Both the position numbers and the translations under genes were made by a program. Source: Octopus vulgaris (Eukaryota). Taken from it: 64,000 bases of DNA. This document shows positions 24,101-37,539 of this stretch, piece after piece. Position 1 is the stretch's first letter. The number at the start of each line of letters is the position of its first letter. Under the pieces are notes generated by a model, which was not told where the DNA came from, did no database searches, and worked only from the letters and a program-made list of their open reading frames with translations. Where the stretch lies: positions 25,978,001 to 26,042,000 of the forward strand of contig OX597820.1 in the NCBI GenBank assembly GCA_951406725.2. The letters run 5' to 3'.

Positions 24101-26603
24101 TGCTATTGAAATACAGGCATGTACCATTAAAATCACGAATCAGTTCTTGTAATTACTTTACTGCACCTTTTCCTCCCCTGATTTGAAAATAAGCTCATTC
24201 ACTAATATAAACACACATAGTGTCCGGTCCTGTTCGTTTAGTCATTAACATCCGCTTGATAAGTTGACTCAACCTCCTTTTATTCAAGTGAGTTTTAAGA
24301 AGAATGTAAATTAACTAATGCCGCGGAATATAAACACTATTCGATTATGGAGAAGATGCATGCGTAAAATGCTACCCGGTGAGTTTATTAACTTATATCA
24401 ATATTAATTGTAATGAATGAAAAACATTTCATTCGGAGTAGTTGTCAAAGTCGTATGTCGTGGACGATTAATGGCTAGTGGGTGTTGCTGTTATTTCGTC
24501 CCAGGTCGACCGTAATTGAATGGATTTGTGAACGAAGGCATTCCAGCTTTGACAGATCTAGGTCTACATGGTCTTTTAAGACGACAGTGTGTGAATTGAG
24601 AAGATTTGGTTACTATTACAAGTATGCCAAATAACTACATAAAAGATTCTTCGTTAAGTTTATGACAATTTATAAGTTCGGACAATGACTATAACGCAGA
24701 TAATATAGCGGGCAACTGGATAGGATAATTTTTATGAAGAATATTTAGTAAACTTTTGTGCATGTCAGCATATATATATATTTGCTGTATTAATTTCTAA
24801 CTCTAACACAAACCTCACATTTTTTGAGAATGTACTCGATTACATCTACTCCAGTATTTGACTATTGGCATTTTATTTTATCGAACGGAAGGTTGAAAGG
24901 CGAAGTTGAGCTTCTGAACAATCTGAACTCGGATAAAAAGTCGGGCGTAGGTAAAGAATACGCACACCCAGTGGCTAGGGGTTAGGGCCACTCTAACAAT
25001 AGAAGACTGATTTACAAATTTGTTGAAAAGGAGGAAGAAATTTGTGTAATGTTTATGTATTACTCATTGGTATTAGTAATAATAGGTAACTTAATCAGTG
25101 GCGTGCCGAATACTCACTCTTCTCCTCTTGTTTCTTTTTCCAAAAAATTACTTCGGATTCTTTGCAAGTTTTCAACAACCGAAATTACTATTTTTATCCC
25201 CGCAAACAGTTTTTCAAGCATTTTAATCATACCCACCTCATTAATTTTTTTTTTATCATCACTACCAAAATTCAAACCACGTTCAGAAAATATTTTTATA
25301 GCTTAAAAGAAAGCATTGAGTCTGTGAGCCGGTTTCGAATCCCGGTTGATGTCCATTACGCCAACAGCTGGTTTTGAGAAATGCAAGAACGCCATACCAT
25401 CTCGTACCTCTTTCTTATATATTCATCGCTTTGTAGATATTAGTTTTGCTTTATGTATCACAGTAGGAAGAATAGTACTCGTGGTAATTTTTCTGGGCGT
25501 TCAGAACTGTGAGAAAGGGGAGTGTTTTCCTTAAACTTCGCAAGGACCATGTAACTTATTTAACAGGGTGGAGATCATTATCACCTAAAAGAAGGAACGG
25601 TCCCTCTGATAGGCTTCTACACAGCTTCCGTGCTTTGATCAACACGTGGTTATGGCAGAAAAGACTTGCTCAAGGTGCTACGTAGTAGTATTGAACCCGA
25701 AAACCAGTTGCGAAGCGAATTCTTTAACCACAGAGACATTCATGGAAAGAATTTAGTCCCTGAATGAATACGCTTCCTTTACTTGGGCTTACAACTGGTT
25801 GGCAGAGTTAGTATCACACTAGGATCGATTTCATGGACTGTACCCTTCCCCTCAAAATTCGTGGCTTTGTGCCAGTGTTAGCTATTATTAATACTTCTCT
25901 GGTCCCAATGTATTTGTTGAGGCTGGGCTTATGCGAGCAGATCTACGATTCGGTTTCGATTTTCGGCTGAAGTTAAGCTTTCAAACACGCATCCACTTAT
26001 ATTTAGCATCATGTCAACTCTGATGGGGCAGATTATTGATAAAAATCGCTTTAGCCGTGACCATCCGATCTTTAATAAGGCAAACTCGATCTGATACTAA
26101 CATTGAAACCGCTCTCCGACGAAGTCCCAGAATACCAATATGGGATATAAAATGGAGAAGTTACCACTTTTCTTAAAGGTTCCCATTTGGTGTCCAATTT
26201 ATTATTAAAGATGAGTTGATGTCAAAAGTTTATTAAAAAAAAATTACTATAATAACTCGCATGTCTTTTCGAATAATCTGTTGAATGTAACCGGAATGAA
26301 TGAATGAAAGAATGAATAAATATGTAAATAGCACCCACACACTATACACAAGTTGTGTTTTGAAAGTTAATGAGAAACTTAAAATAAAATTCTATGGTAT
26401 TTGAGCACTGCTTAAATGCTGAGGTCCCGATGCATCTTTGTAACGATATGAAGGGGAGGGTTAGTTTTTGGGGTTAAGGTTAGTTATGGTGTCATTACAC
26501 GTCCACACAGCGTACATTTAAAATTGTACGTAACACCTATATCTAAGTATTACATCTGTATTTAAGCAGTATCGTTAAGGAACCTCTGAATTTAAGTAGT
26601 ACT

Positions 26604-26966
26604 GGCATTTGTAGTTCAAGTAGAAAACTGTCGGAAATTGTCTACTGCGCCAAAAAACTCATTTTTACCAATGTGGATATTTTAAGCATCGCAAATTACA
26701 ATTCTGAAAAAATAAAACAGTTCATGGGGTTTGCTACCACCACTTTTCCGTATGTTTTCAAGTTTAATTTTTTTTTTTCCAGATTTGATTTTAAAAGTTG
26801 CAAATATTTTTGAAGATTCATAATCTCTGATGTTTAAAACAGAATTCTGAATTTTGAAAAATAATAAGTGGGTGAATTGTAATCTGTAATTTTTAAAACA
26901 CACACTTAAAGAAATTACGCTTTTTGCCGTACTAGATAATTTCCGACTCTATTCTACAGGAACGCC
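26604..26966. mobile_element. MITE with ~45-55-bp imperfect TIRs (GG...CC termini)
   Basis: gtagaaaactgtcggaaattgtctactgcgccaaaaa matches the inverse of tttttgccgtactagataatttccgactctattctac. Confidence 0.65.
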
Positions 26967-27019
26967 ATGGTATTTAAATACCACTAGACACTCTCCCCCA
27001 CGAACTCTTTTCTTAAGTA

Positions 27020-28060
27020 GAATTGTAGCTCCGATTCAACAAACAACAAACCTATGATTACAACAGCTATAACTAAAGAGACTTGTCCACCTCTTGGGCC
27101 CGGCGGACAAAATGGATAAAGCATTGCCCTGGAGGATAGCGAGGGAGACGCATTGGAACAGTCACTCCAACTCACAGGGCTTGCACATGCGGATAGCCAT
27201 ATCTTCCCCGATGGCCCTGAGCAGGGATAGAGTTCGGGGGGGGGGGTCAAGAAGGCCGGAGGTCTCCACTGCTGTAATTTTGACCTGAAACCTGTCAGAG
27301 AGCTGCCAATACGTCGACATTTTGCTCTTCGCGGTTTGACGAGCAGCGAATCCTGGCCTGGTTGCCGCTGGAGAAGGTGTCGTAGCATGTGACAGACCGT
27401 ATGAGGGGCATACCACCGCGGAATGAAAAAAAATTGTCATGCTGTCTAGCCCTTTACCGTCCCCTATGTCCAGCTCCGCTGGCTCGAGCTGGGAAGGGAT
27501 GCCTACAGTGTCTAGACCAGTGGTTCTCAACTGGTGTCCATATAAGACTTTGAGGATCCAATAGCATTTTAAGGCCCCTGAAAAAATTTTGTTTTAGATA
27601 TATATAGTGATATGTATTGCAAGAAACAGCTTTTTTTTTTTTTTTTTCTAACATTTTTCATAGTTCAACCTACACAAAATAGGAATTTTGAAAAATTTCT
27701 ATGAAAGTAGTTTTGGAATATCGAATAGCTATGGGTCTAATGAAATAAAATTGTAACCAAAAGGGTCCATAGATGAAAATAAAAATGGTTGAGAACTCCT
27801 GGTCTAAGCCAGTCTTTATGATCACATTGAGGGCAGTATGGTGTGGAAGGCGACTAGCACCGTAATGGTATGACAAAGGGTGGAGGCCGAAAGAATTCAC
27901 ATTGGATCTTCTGCGGCGTTCGTAAGGCTCACAGATCCGGAGGCCAAACCTCGGGGAAACACAGGGCTCACAGATCCGGAGGCCAAACCTCGGGGAAACA
28001 CCGATGCGCAGATAATCGCTTTGCAGCTCACACCGCCGTTTTCGATGCCTTAAGAACTCG
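27020..28060 (-). mobile_element. CRE-clade (restriction-like endonuclease) non-LTR retrotransposon 3' fragment
   Basis: LRIGVSPRFGLRICEP..NVNSFGLHPLSY..RLPHHTALNVIIK is a decayed zinc knuckle. It is followed by GIPSQLEPAELDIGDGKGLDSM (RPDG motif decayed), AVETSGLL and LFQCVSLAILQGNALSIL, matching the CRE C-terminus. Confidence 0.85.
27518..27801. mobile_element. hAT-Charlie-like MITE inserted into the CRE ORF
   Basis: TIRs cagtggttctcaac / gttgagaactcctg. The 8-bp flanks gtctagac (27510-27517) and gtctaagc (27802-27809) fit the NTCTAGAN preference. The host frame KTGLD|LDTVG rejoins. Confidence 0.9.
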
Positions 28061-29439
28061 CTTCGTTTCACTTTTCCTTGCAAGACTTCAAGACGCAAAA
28101 CGCATTAAATATTCAAATGCTTTCATTTTTATTTCTCCATATTCGTTCCTCTTTAAAACTGGGGCCTTTTTTCTTTTCTTTTTTTCTTAAACAGTATCAT
28201 CTTATAAACGCCAACTTTATTTTCTCTTCCATAATAGTCACCTCCCTTATCACGCTTCCTCACATTTCTAAAGTGGAACAGTGGGGGGGGGGGGTCTGTG
28301 TAATCGACTGGTCTCCCCCACCCCACACACATACACAATTTTAGCCCTTATGCCTATAGCCGAAACCTTATCCATCTTATTTATTTTGTAAACGTATTTT
28401 TCTGTTAACTGTACGTTAAGATATCTAATTAATTGCTGCAATCTCTCCACCTCCTCATTTCTCTTATACTCTTTATATTTGTTTTCCCAAACAGTACTAA
28501 ATTTGTTGTTTGACCCCCATGTCAGCCCTGATCCAGCGAACCTGTAATCAAAGGCATTCCAGTAGTGACCATCTCGTTTCTCCACCACTATCACTAGGCT
28601 TTGTTTATTTAGAACTATATCATCTGTTCTTTCTTGATGTTATCCCTGTTTTCGTCCTTCCATCAACTCTGATTCTGCGAACCGGTTATCAGAGACTTTC
28701 CATTCGGAGCCATCTTGTTTCTCCAAGACTATACTATCGAAAGTGCCCTTTCTACTGTTGTTTAGCTCAAGTTCAATCTCATGACCAAAGGCATTTCAAC
28801 TATAATCATTCCAATTTTCTTTTTTGAAAACTTAGTTCATTTAGCCAAATCTGTTCCACACAGATTTGAAACATCACGTCCTGTTGCTTCAATAACGTTA
28901 TATCCAGCTTATACGCAATTGTTTTATTACATTCTGTTTAGAAATACGGTTGGGACCCCCACATTATATAGTGATTTATCAACTGAGTTTATTTACTCAA
29001 TCACAATTTGATTACAAAGAAACGGGAAAAGAAGGAAAAAATATTTTAGATACCGCACTTATCTTCATTCTACCCAGTTCTTTCATTTTAGTATTGGTCG
29101 GAATATTTAGGCATTCATATAATTATGGACTCCTGAATTCGGACACTTTCCATCGGCTCACTTTATTCCCAAATAACACAGATCTGGAAAACTGAATTGC
29201 TGGACCTTTTCTGTTTGGCTGCTAGCATTAAAAAAAGTTTGTTGAAAATTTCAAAATTTGGAACATTAATGTAGTTTTCCAAGCTGAATTGCCGGAGCTA
29301 CTTCACTTTTCCCAGAAAAATGCTTTTAAAAAGTAATGGCGGTTTAAAGTTTGATCATTTTCACCCAGCTGTCATTTTGTGCGCGACTGCACATTTTCAA
29401 CATCCTGAAAATAGCACGTTTTGTCAATATTTGCATTCT

Positions 29440-30195
29440 ACATGCGGAAAACGAGTAAACAACACGTCTTTTGTAGTTGGAAGCATTCAATATGCATTTA
29501 ATGCGATAGGTGGGTACCATCTTTCGAGTTAACAAACCCAACGCTGAGGTTCACCGTTCTGTGCTCAAAATTGTAACCACCAATTTCAGGAATGTGAGAA
29601 TACGCCATCCACAAATCGCTGAAAACTGTGGTTCCTAGAAGAATCTAGTGACGTATGCATTCTTCCAGCGTGTCACGATTCCGACATGGCACCACATACA
29701 AAAAAAAAAACCTGTTTGGTCTCGTGACACACTTCTCCGAGGACCCACTGCTCATGTAGGACCTTTTCTCGGTTGTGCTTAGGTCTTGAGAAAACTGTTT
29801 CGTCGATTTCGGCAATATTTCCAGGACTGCTGACTTGAATTGGATGACGGAGCAAGTCCTTCGCACATATTTCCCTAACATAGCTATCATATTCAACTGT
29901 TGTGCAATGGTTCATCTCCAGTACATGAACACAAAACCAGACAATTCTTTAACCTATGAGGAAGGGTGCCACTTTCAAACCATGTATTTCCTCACTGACA
30001 CAAACTCCATGCATTCTCGGCGCGAGCATCGCCAGTACACGTTCCCACTAAGTTTTTTGTACTCGTAACATGCTTCTTCCTTTTACATAAGTTTCTTTTG
30101 GGTATAACACCCTTTTCTTGTAGGTACGACACAGCATACTCCTCTGTTCTCAGTGTCTCCATCATAGAAACAAGGTTACCAAAGCTTGCTGCCAT
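29440..30195 (-). pseudogene. Merlin (IS1016/ISXO2-like) DDE transposase relic
   Basis: Motifs AVSYLQEKGVIP, SSPGNIAEIDETVFSRPKHNR..QWVLG, VPCRNRDTLEECIRH*ILLGTTVFSDLWMAY and HRTVNLS..FVN. Frameshifts and stops present. Confidence 0.85.
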
Positions 30196-30943
30196 AATCA
30201 AACAGATTCGTAAAATTTCTAGGTGGATAAAACAGAACACTTTAGCAACAAGTTGTTTCAATGTATTTGTCAACGCGTACTTTTTCGCAGACAAAAGAGT
30301 TCTCATGTTCTGCTTGTTACTATCGAAAGAGGCATGAATGTGTCTGTGGCTTACGATTGGCTAAAATTATCCAAAATTTTCACTTTAACTCTTTTACTGA
30401 TTTATAGCGAAAATGATTTTCATGGCATTCATTAGCCCGTAAAAGTGTATCATTACACTGAATATGAAATCAATTTGAGAAGAAATTGACATTGGCAGCC
30501 AAACAAATGTTCCGAATTGCTTATAAATATAGAAAATAAAAATATCTGATAAGAGAACTGTCATCAGTCATAAATTTTATTCTACGTACAACAGAAAACT
30601 ATTCAATCTACCCAGGAGACAGATTTCTTAAGTCTATTAAACATACCAGACGAGAAGCCAAAGTGTTTTTATTTTCTTCGCACAAGGTTTAAATCAAACC
30701 TGGTATCGGTTAGCTTAAGATACGTGAATGAAATTAATAACTGGAAGTATTTATTTAGTTCAAAGAATTCAGAAAATGTATGACAAATCAGGTAAGTTTC
30801 TAGGCGGTGGCTCGACCTTCAGAAATAGTTGCGAAAATTTTCTTAAATCACGCCATACTGACTTAAAGAAAGGACTGTGTTAGATATTGTCTGGCGAGTG
30901 GGTAGAAGACGAGGACGCCTTTTAATCAGTCGTTTATCATATA

Positions 30944-31458
30944 CTAGCAGTATCGCCCGGCGTTGCTCGGGTTTGTAAGGGAAATAACTATATAAGCATT
31001 TTTAGAGAGTTACTTCCTTTATAGATGCCAATTCGGGCTTTCTTAGCCATTTCTGTTTTGGTGTCTTCAAGCCATGAAGTCGTTGTTCTAAAAGAACGCT
31101 GGTCTCCTTGACAACGCATTACGACGTTGATTTCCTTAAACTCCCTTCCCCACAGCTTCACGAGGGAGGGAAGAAGGGGGAGAAGCAAACACAGGTGCAG
31201 GTGTTTGAGCGTGGACGCCAACTCCGCCGCCATCGACACACGAAAAATGCATTAAAATGGAATAAAAAAATGATGTTAAATTATTTTTAAAATCGTAGAC
31301 TCATCGTAGACGCGCGCTAATAGCCAGACGGGCTCGATATTAATCACGACTGTAAGATACCAGAATTTGGTTAAACTGCACCGCAAAATGTGGGAGGAGT
31401 TAGGAATCTAAATCGTAGGAGACAGACACTCACACAACTACAGTTTTTTATATATAGA
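30944..31458 (-). mobile_element. Complete non-autonomous Helitron
   Basis: Minus strand reads A|TCtatatataaaa...cccgagcaacgccgggcgatactgCTAG|T, giving the 5' TC, 3' hairpin plus CTAG, and an AT insertion site. Confidence 0.9.
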
Positions 31459-32059
31459 TTTTGGCCGTCCTCTTCCTTAAGTATAATGTAACTTTCGACA
31501 CCTGCAAACACTTAGCTGAAGTGACCACTGTACGATCCACACACATCATGCTACGTTTACTGTCCCTCTAATCAGACTTAAAGTAGGCAGAAACAATTTA
31601 TTTCTCGATTAATTTCAAAGTTTGTAATGGAAGTTATTCCCGATAACAATATTTTATATCTCCTATTATCCATTATTTCGTTTCTGTTTATATCGTCACT
31701 GTTTCGTAATTATTTGTACGGACATCGTCAATAGACGGCGATAATTATATTGAATTGAATTTTTTTTTTAAATCGAAACTCGGAAAGACTTCAAGCAAAT
31801 TCAGGATTCAACTGTCGAATTAGTCGTTCACCGTTGCTTAAAAATAATGTCTTTCTCTGCCCTTTATAACAATTTAAAAAATATTTTCCAATATGAAATT
31901 TTAGAAACATTCACGAAAATAGTTTAAACTAATTTATTAACCTAAATATACAGAATGTCTGTTAACATTGGTATTTCCTAGTACTTAAACGATTATTAGG
32001 TTAAATAACCAGACCGGAAGAGAAAATAAGTTGAATCTTCAAACCACTAGTTTGTAACA

Positions 32060-32395
32060 TTTGGCTGTATGGTCAGAAGTTTACTCCTCACCCACACGAT
32101 TCTGAGTTCGGTGCCAGTGCAGATTGGGCAAGTGTTTTCTACTATAGCTCTGGGTTGACCAAAGCTCTGCGAGTGGATTTGATAGACGGAAACTGAAAGA
32201 AGCCCGTCGTGTGTTTGTCACACCCCCACGGCTTGACAACTGATGTTGGTTTGTTTACATCTCTGTAACTTAGAGGTTCGACAAAAGTGACTGATATAAT
32301 AACCGTATTTAAAAAAAAAGAATTCGGGTAGATTCGTTCGTCTAAAATCTTTCAAGGCGGTGCCCCGGCTTGGCCGCAAACCAAAAGTTAAAACA
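32060..32395 (+). mobile_element. SINE family 1, diverged
   Basis: gggcaagtgttttctactatagc...gacggaaactgaaagaagcccgtcg. Confidence 0.75.
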
Positions 32396-32829
32396 AAAAT
32401 AGCTATATATTTAAAAAGAATGAAACCTTCTTTCCAACCTTCCTTCTAATAACCCCAGCTCAACTCTTGATTTGAGCCGACCTTATAATCAGAGGCATTT
32501 AAACCAAAATCATTTCTTTCATTCAAACGAAAATCATCTTCTCTTCCTTTTCTAAGATAAACATCTCCAGTACTGCATTATTCTTGATACTGATCTCCTT
32601 CCTTTTTAAAACCCGTAGGATGTAATTTCAGAGATTTGGTTCCTTTTTTGATTCTAGCACATTGAACGATTATATAGAACACAGTTTCTTTGAATTGTTT
32701 AATTACCATCCTTGTCAGTGGAATGTGTAGCTCTTGTTCTTTCTCTGTCTGTCTGTCTCTCTCTCTTTAGTAACTTTTGCGATTCTTTAAGTTTTAAAAC
32801 AGAACAATGAAATAAAGTGCAATCGTTTC

Positions 32830-33125
32830 TTTTTACTTGTCACTGGACTGCATCCATACTGGAGCTCCTCCTTGAAAAGTTTTGTCGGACAAATCGACTC
32901 CAGTACTTATGTTGAAGTCTGACAATAATTATATTCATATCTCTTACCTAACCGCTAGGTTACGAGAAGGTAAACAAACCAACACTGGTTGACAAGTGGT
33001 GGGACACACACATACGACGCGCTTTCACAGTTTCCATCTGCCAAATTCACTCACAAAGCATTGATTGGCCCGTGACTATAATAGAAGACTGGGGTGACGC
33101 GCTGTGGGACTGAGCTCGAAACCAC
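32830..33125 (-). mobile_element. SINE family 1, diverged
   Basis: ttttacttgt...caaatcgactccagtacttat...cagtttccatctgccaaattcactcacaaagc. Confidence 0.7.
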
Positions 33126-35124
33126 TCGCCTGAAGTGACTATCGCCTCACGGACGTGGAAGGCGTTGTCGGTCGTCTGCTTGTTCTAACAGTCAATTTTA
33201 CCTTTTAAGCATAATAATTTACAACAAAGGAATCTTACATTTTTTTTTCTTTTTAAACACAACTCATCAGTTATACGCTAGAGATATTTTAGGAATAAAT
33301 GTATGGTTGCGATTCCTTATATCAATCTATTCCTGTTATGTTACTGGTTCTTAAGTTATCGATTGGTGAATTCTCCATCGAGATTTTACAACCTATAAGC
33401 TTACTGGATCTAGTTAAATTCATAGGACTTCTTCAAATTATTTTCCGAATTGTTACATGTTCTTTATGCACAGCAGTCGTAACAGTGGTACAGAGTTGGA
33501 CTGCAGCACTTTAAGACACTTGGCACAAAATACAAAGCAATTTTAGTGTGGAGTTGTTAAATAATTGACAACAGCATTTGGTGGACTGTGTATTGCATTT
33601 ATAAAGACCACACAAACATAAGTCTCTATATTTATTTTTTAAAACCCGAAACGTTTGCATTTACTTATTTACAATACTTAAATAAATTGAACAGCATTCA
33701 AGCAATATAAAATGGATTAAGTACAAGTTTTCTCTGCATAATGTTAAATAGTAATACGATGACACTTTATAATTAAGAACAAATTAAGTAGAAACAATTA
33801 GGACTCCATATTAAGCTAACAGGACACTCGTGATGGTATTAGGATGAGAAACCATCTCACGGAGCTGAGCGACGAGGCTCTGCTGTAGGGTTCAACTCGC
33901 TAGCTTTTAGAATCTGCAATTCTGTCAATTGTTTGAAGTCACTGTTAATAGTGTAGTTGTGTTACTCAGCCAGTTTCTTTTTCTTTTTGGTGAGTAATGT
34001 TTGAATAACGATTGTCAACGTAATTTCGTTTAACCCCAAGTAAGTCCTGATCGAGCAGATATGTGATCGAACAATATAACTCATCGCCTTCGCTTTGAAA
34101 ACTACTGTTTAACTTCTATTTTCTAATATATGCTGTATTGTATATAAATATTTTTTAAATATTTAATGAAAGCGGCGAGCTGGCAAGATCTTTAGTACAC
34201 TCGAAAAACATGCTTAGCAGCATTCGTCCGGGGTTTTTTTTTATATTCTGAGTTCAAATTCCGCCAACGTTGACTTTGCTTTCATCCTTTCGTACTCGGT
34301 AAAATAAGTACCATCGATATAGCTGGCTTTATGCCAAAATTCGAGATCAATATTTAATCAAGTCACAAATAAACACGCAATCTAGCCATTACGACTAAGC
34401 TCTAGTTTGTGATTGATTTAAAGATTTACTGTAAACTTTGTTCGTGTACAGAGGAATGATGTAGGTACTTGTCCTCTGAGTGGTTAATGATCCGTGAAGC
34501 ATGCCAGGACAATCTTCCTTTTATGTTTCTGTGAACAAAGAGAGTAACAAGCTGTATTTACCCGCGTTTTAAATTTCCCGGTGAAAGACTTAAAATCTGT
34601 TGTCTACTTTAAATTCACCTCGAGTTTTCTAATAAATATTTGTGTGTTTACTTCAAGAGCGAGATAAAGAATTTCAATGAAGGATTGAGACGAAAATTGA
34701 CAACAGCTCGAGATTTTTGTGATAGATAACACCTGCTACAAATTGACAATTTTTTTTAAAACCTCCTTATCACAGGGAAATTAATTTGTTTTCAATGTTG
34801 CTGGCAAATTGAAATATATTTACTTTTTTAACGGAGGGTAATAACATTTTTGGATCGCAGAACAAAAATTTTTGAGAATCAGGACATCGAAAATACAAAT
34901 TACCTATTTTATCTATGATCATACAATCGTTTTTAATGAATATTTAACAATATATTGTTTAATGTGCGCTCCCGTATCTAACAGTAGTACTATTTGATTT
35001 TGATTTAGCTGCTAACTCTAGCAAGATGAATCTCTGCATAGATATCTCGCTGGTTCGATATATTTCACATATGTAAGTGTCGAACTCCACCCTACAGCTC
35101 GCAAAATCGATGGCTAAATGATCT

Positions 35125-35522
35125 TTTATTTGTTTCAGTCTTTGGACTGCAGCCATTCTGTGGCACCATTACGACGGGTTTAGTCGAGCAAATCGACCTC
35201 AGCATTTATTTTTAAGTCTGGTACTTGGTCTTTCGGTCTCTTTCTGACGAAATATTAAGTTATATGGTCGTAAACACGCCAACCCCGGTTGTCAAGTGAT
35301 ATGGAGGGCACGCACACAAATTGGCGTGTGCATTTGCGTATGTGATGTTATACACACGACGGGCTTCTCTTAGATTCCGTTTGCCAAATCAACTCGTAAA
35401 GCATTGGTTTGCCCGGACCTATAGCAGAAAACACTTGCCCAAGGTGCTGCTTGCACAATGGAATTGAATCCAAAACCTCGTGGTTGGGAAGTAAATTTCT
35501 TACCATACAGTCACACTTGCGC
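35125..35522 (-). mobile_element. SINE family 1, diverged
   Basis: tgtttcagtc...gacgggcttctc...acacttgcccaaggtgc. Confidence 0.75.
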
Positions 35523-35671
35523 CTTAGTCGAATTCCTGGTTACGCCTATTATTGAATATTTAAAAATGACGCATAAACTTGTGATAGATTTATTGTATAG
35601 TAGTTTGAATTTTTTCTGTTGTTTGTGTCATAACTCTGAGAATCTCCAATATCTTTATCTTTTACTTGTTT

Positions 35672-36062
35672 CTTATTTTTTTATTGTCCACAAGGGGCTA
35701 AACATAGAGGGGACAAACAAGGACAGACAAACGGATTAAGTCGATTATATCGACTCCAGTGCGTAACTGGTATTTAATTTATCGACCCAGAAAGGATGAA
35801 AGGCAAAGTCGACCTCGGCGGAAATTGAACTCAGAACGTAGCGGCAGACGAAATACCTATTTCTTTACTACCCACAAGGGGCTAAACACAGAGGACAAAC
35901 AAGGACAGACAAGCGGATTAAGTCGATTATATCGACTCCAGTGCATAACTGGTACTTATTTAATCGACCCCGAAAGGATGAAAGGCAAAGTCGACCTCGG
36001 TGGAATCTGAACTCAGAACGTAGCGGCAGACGAAATACCGCTAAGCATTTCGCCCGTCGCCT
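35672..36062 (-). mobile_element. Head-to-tail dimer of SINE family 2
   Basis: Two near-identical units (35672-35857 and 35858-36062), each with gaaaggatgaaaggcaaagtcgacctcgg. A SINE-1 piece follows to about 36345. Confidence 0.85.
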
Positions 36063-36802
36063 TTTACTTGTTTCAGTCATCAGACTGCGGCCATGCTGGG
36101 GAATCGCCTAGAAGAGGTTAGTCGAACAAATCGACGCCAGGGCTTTATTAAAAAAAAAATATTTTTTTCAAGTCTGGTACTTATTCGATTGGGCTCTTTT
36201 TGGCCGAACCACTAAGTTACGAGGAAATAAGCCAACACGGGTTGTTTCGAAGTAGTCTGGGGACAAACCTATACATATGATAGGTTCCACACAGTTTCCG
36301 TCTACTAAATTCAGGCGCAAGGCATTGATTGGCCCAAGTCTTGTAGTACGTGGCACTTTGGGCAAGTGTCAATGATCACTGACATTATAGCCGTGACCAT
36401 CTCTTCTTTCTTACGTTTTGGAAACCAGAAACATGCCTTTTTTGTTTTTAAAGAATGTAGAGTATCATTTAAGAAAAATTTGGTTGCCTTTTCTTGCAGG
36501 TTTATCAGCAGCAGCATTGAAACTCCCTCTTCGGTCTAATCTCTTTCGCGCGCCAAGGATAACGCACCCATGATTGTGTATACGCACAAACACACCACAC
36601 ACACACACACTCTCTCTCTCTCTAATAATACTCTTGTGTATTTCTCCAAACTCGTTCAGTTAAAGTTTGAGGCAGTGTCCTAGCATGGCGACACTTCAAA
36701 GATTGAAGAGTAATTATGTGTGTATAATATCCGAAATGTACAGTATTATATATCCATCATGGCTGATCTTATCAATCGGTTTCTTGCAAGGAATATAATG
36801 GA

Positions 36803-36927
36803 GTGTTAGGTAACAATCCGATTATATAACCTTACACTCATCAGAGTTAGTCGATATGGAGTTAACCGAATATTCTTCCCATACCGGCTAACTCTAAGCG
36901 TTATATAATCGGGTTGTTACCTAACAC
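36803..36927. repeat. 125-bp palindrome (small MITE or hairpin)
   Basis: Outer 28-bp arms at 36803-36830 and 36900-36927 with one mismatch. Inner arms at 36843-36859 and 36879-36895. Confidence 0.85.
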
Positions 36928-37539
36928 ACAGTTGTGTTCTTTGCGCGAAACCGATTGATAAGATCAGCCTTGATGGATATATAATTACTGTACATTTCGG
37001 GAAAAAAATACCCACTCTATTGACAGATATACGAGTGCATCTTTTTCCTGACTTATGGTCTCTTAGATAACTCAGGTGTGTGTGTGTGTGTGTTTTGTCA
37101 ACTAAATGAAATAAGTTTAGCTGAGAGTTTCCGCCAGTTGATTTTAAAGTACAGATCCACCATCTATCTTTATCTTTTATATTGTCCAAATATTTCGAGC
37201 AACTGACCTTATTGGAGTTGCTTCCCTTATCTGCTTTCAGGGTTTTAAATACTCTTGGGAGTTTTTCACAAATTGGTTAATTTCGCTTGATCGAAATTTG
37301 TCACTTCGCTATAATATATACTATTTCTCTCTGCCTCCATATATATATAATGATCCTACCGTATTTGTATTTAGGATATAAAAAATACCACTCTTGGTAG
37401 TGGTGATTGTGACTTTATTTACAAGAACGAGTGCGATGGGTGTACTTATGAAGTAGGTGATAGCAAAGTGTTTATGTATTGTTTTGATAGCGGTGATATA
37501 TAAATAAAACACTACTGATGTCACGAGACTTCACGTAGA

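Noticed and set aside
34452-34481. C/D snoRNA or miRNA candidate cagagga...tcctctg
   Set aside because: Only a 7-bp stem, an imperfect C box and too short.
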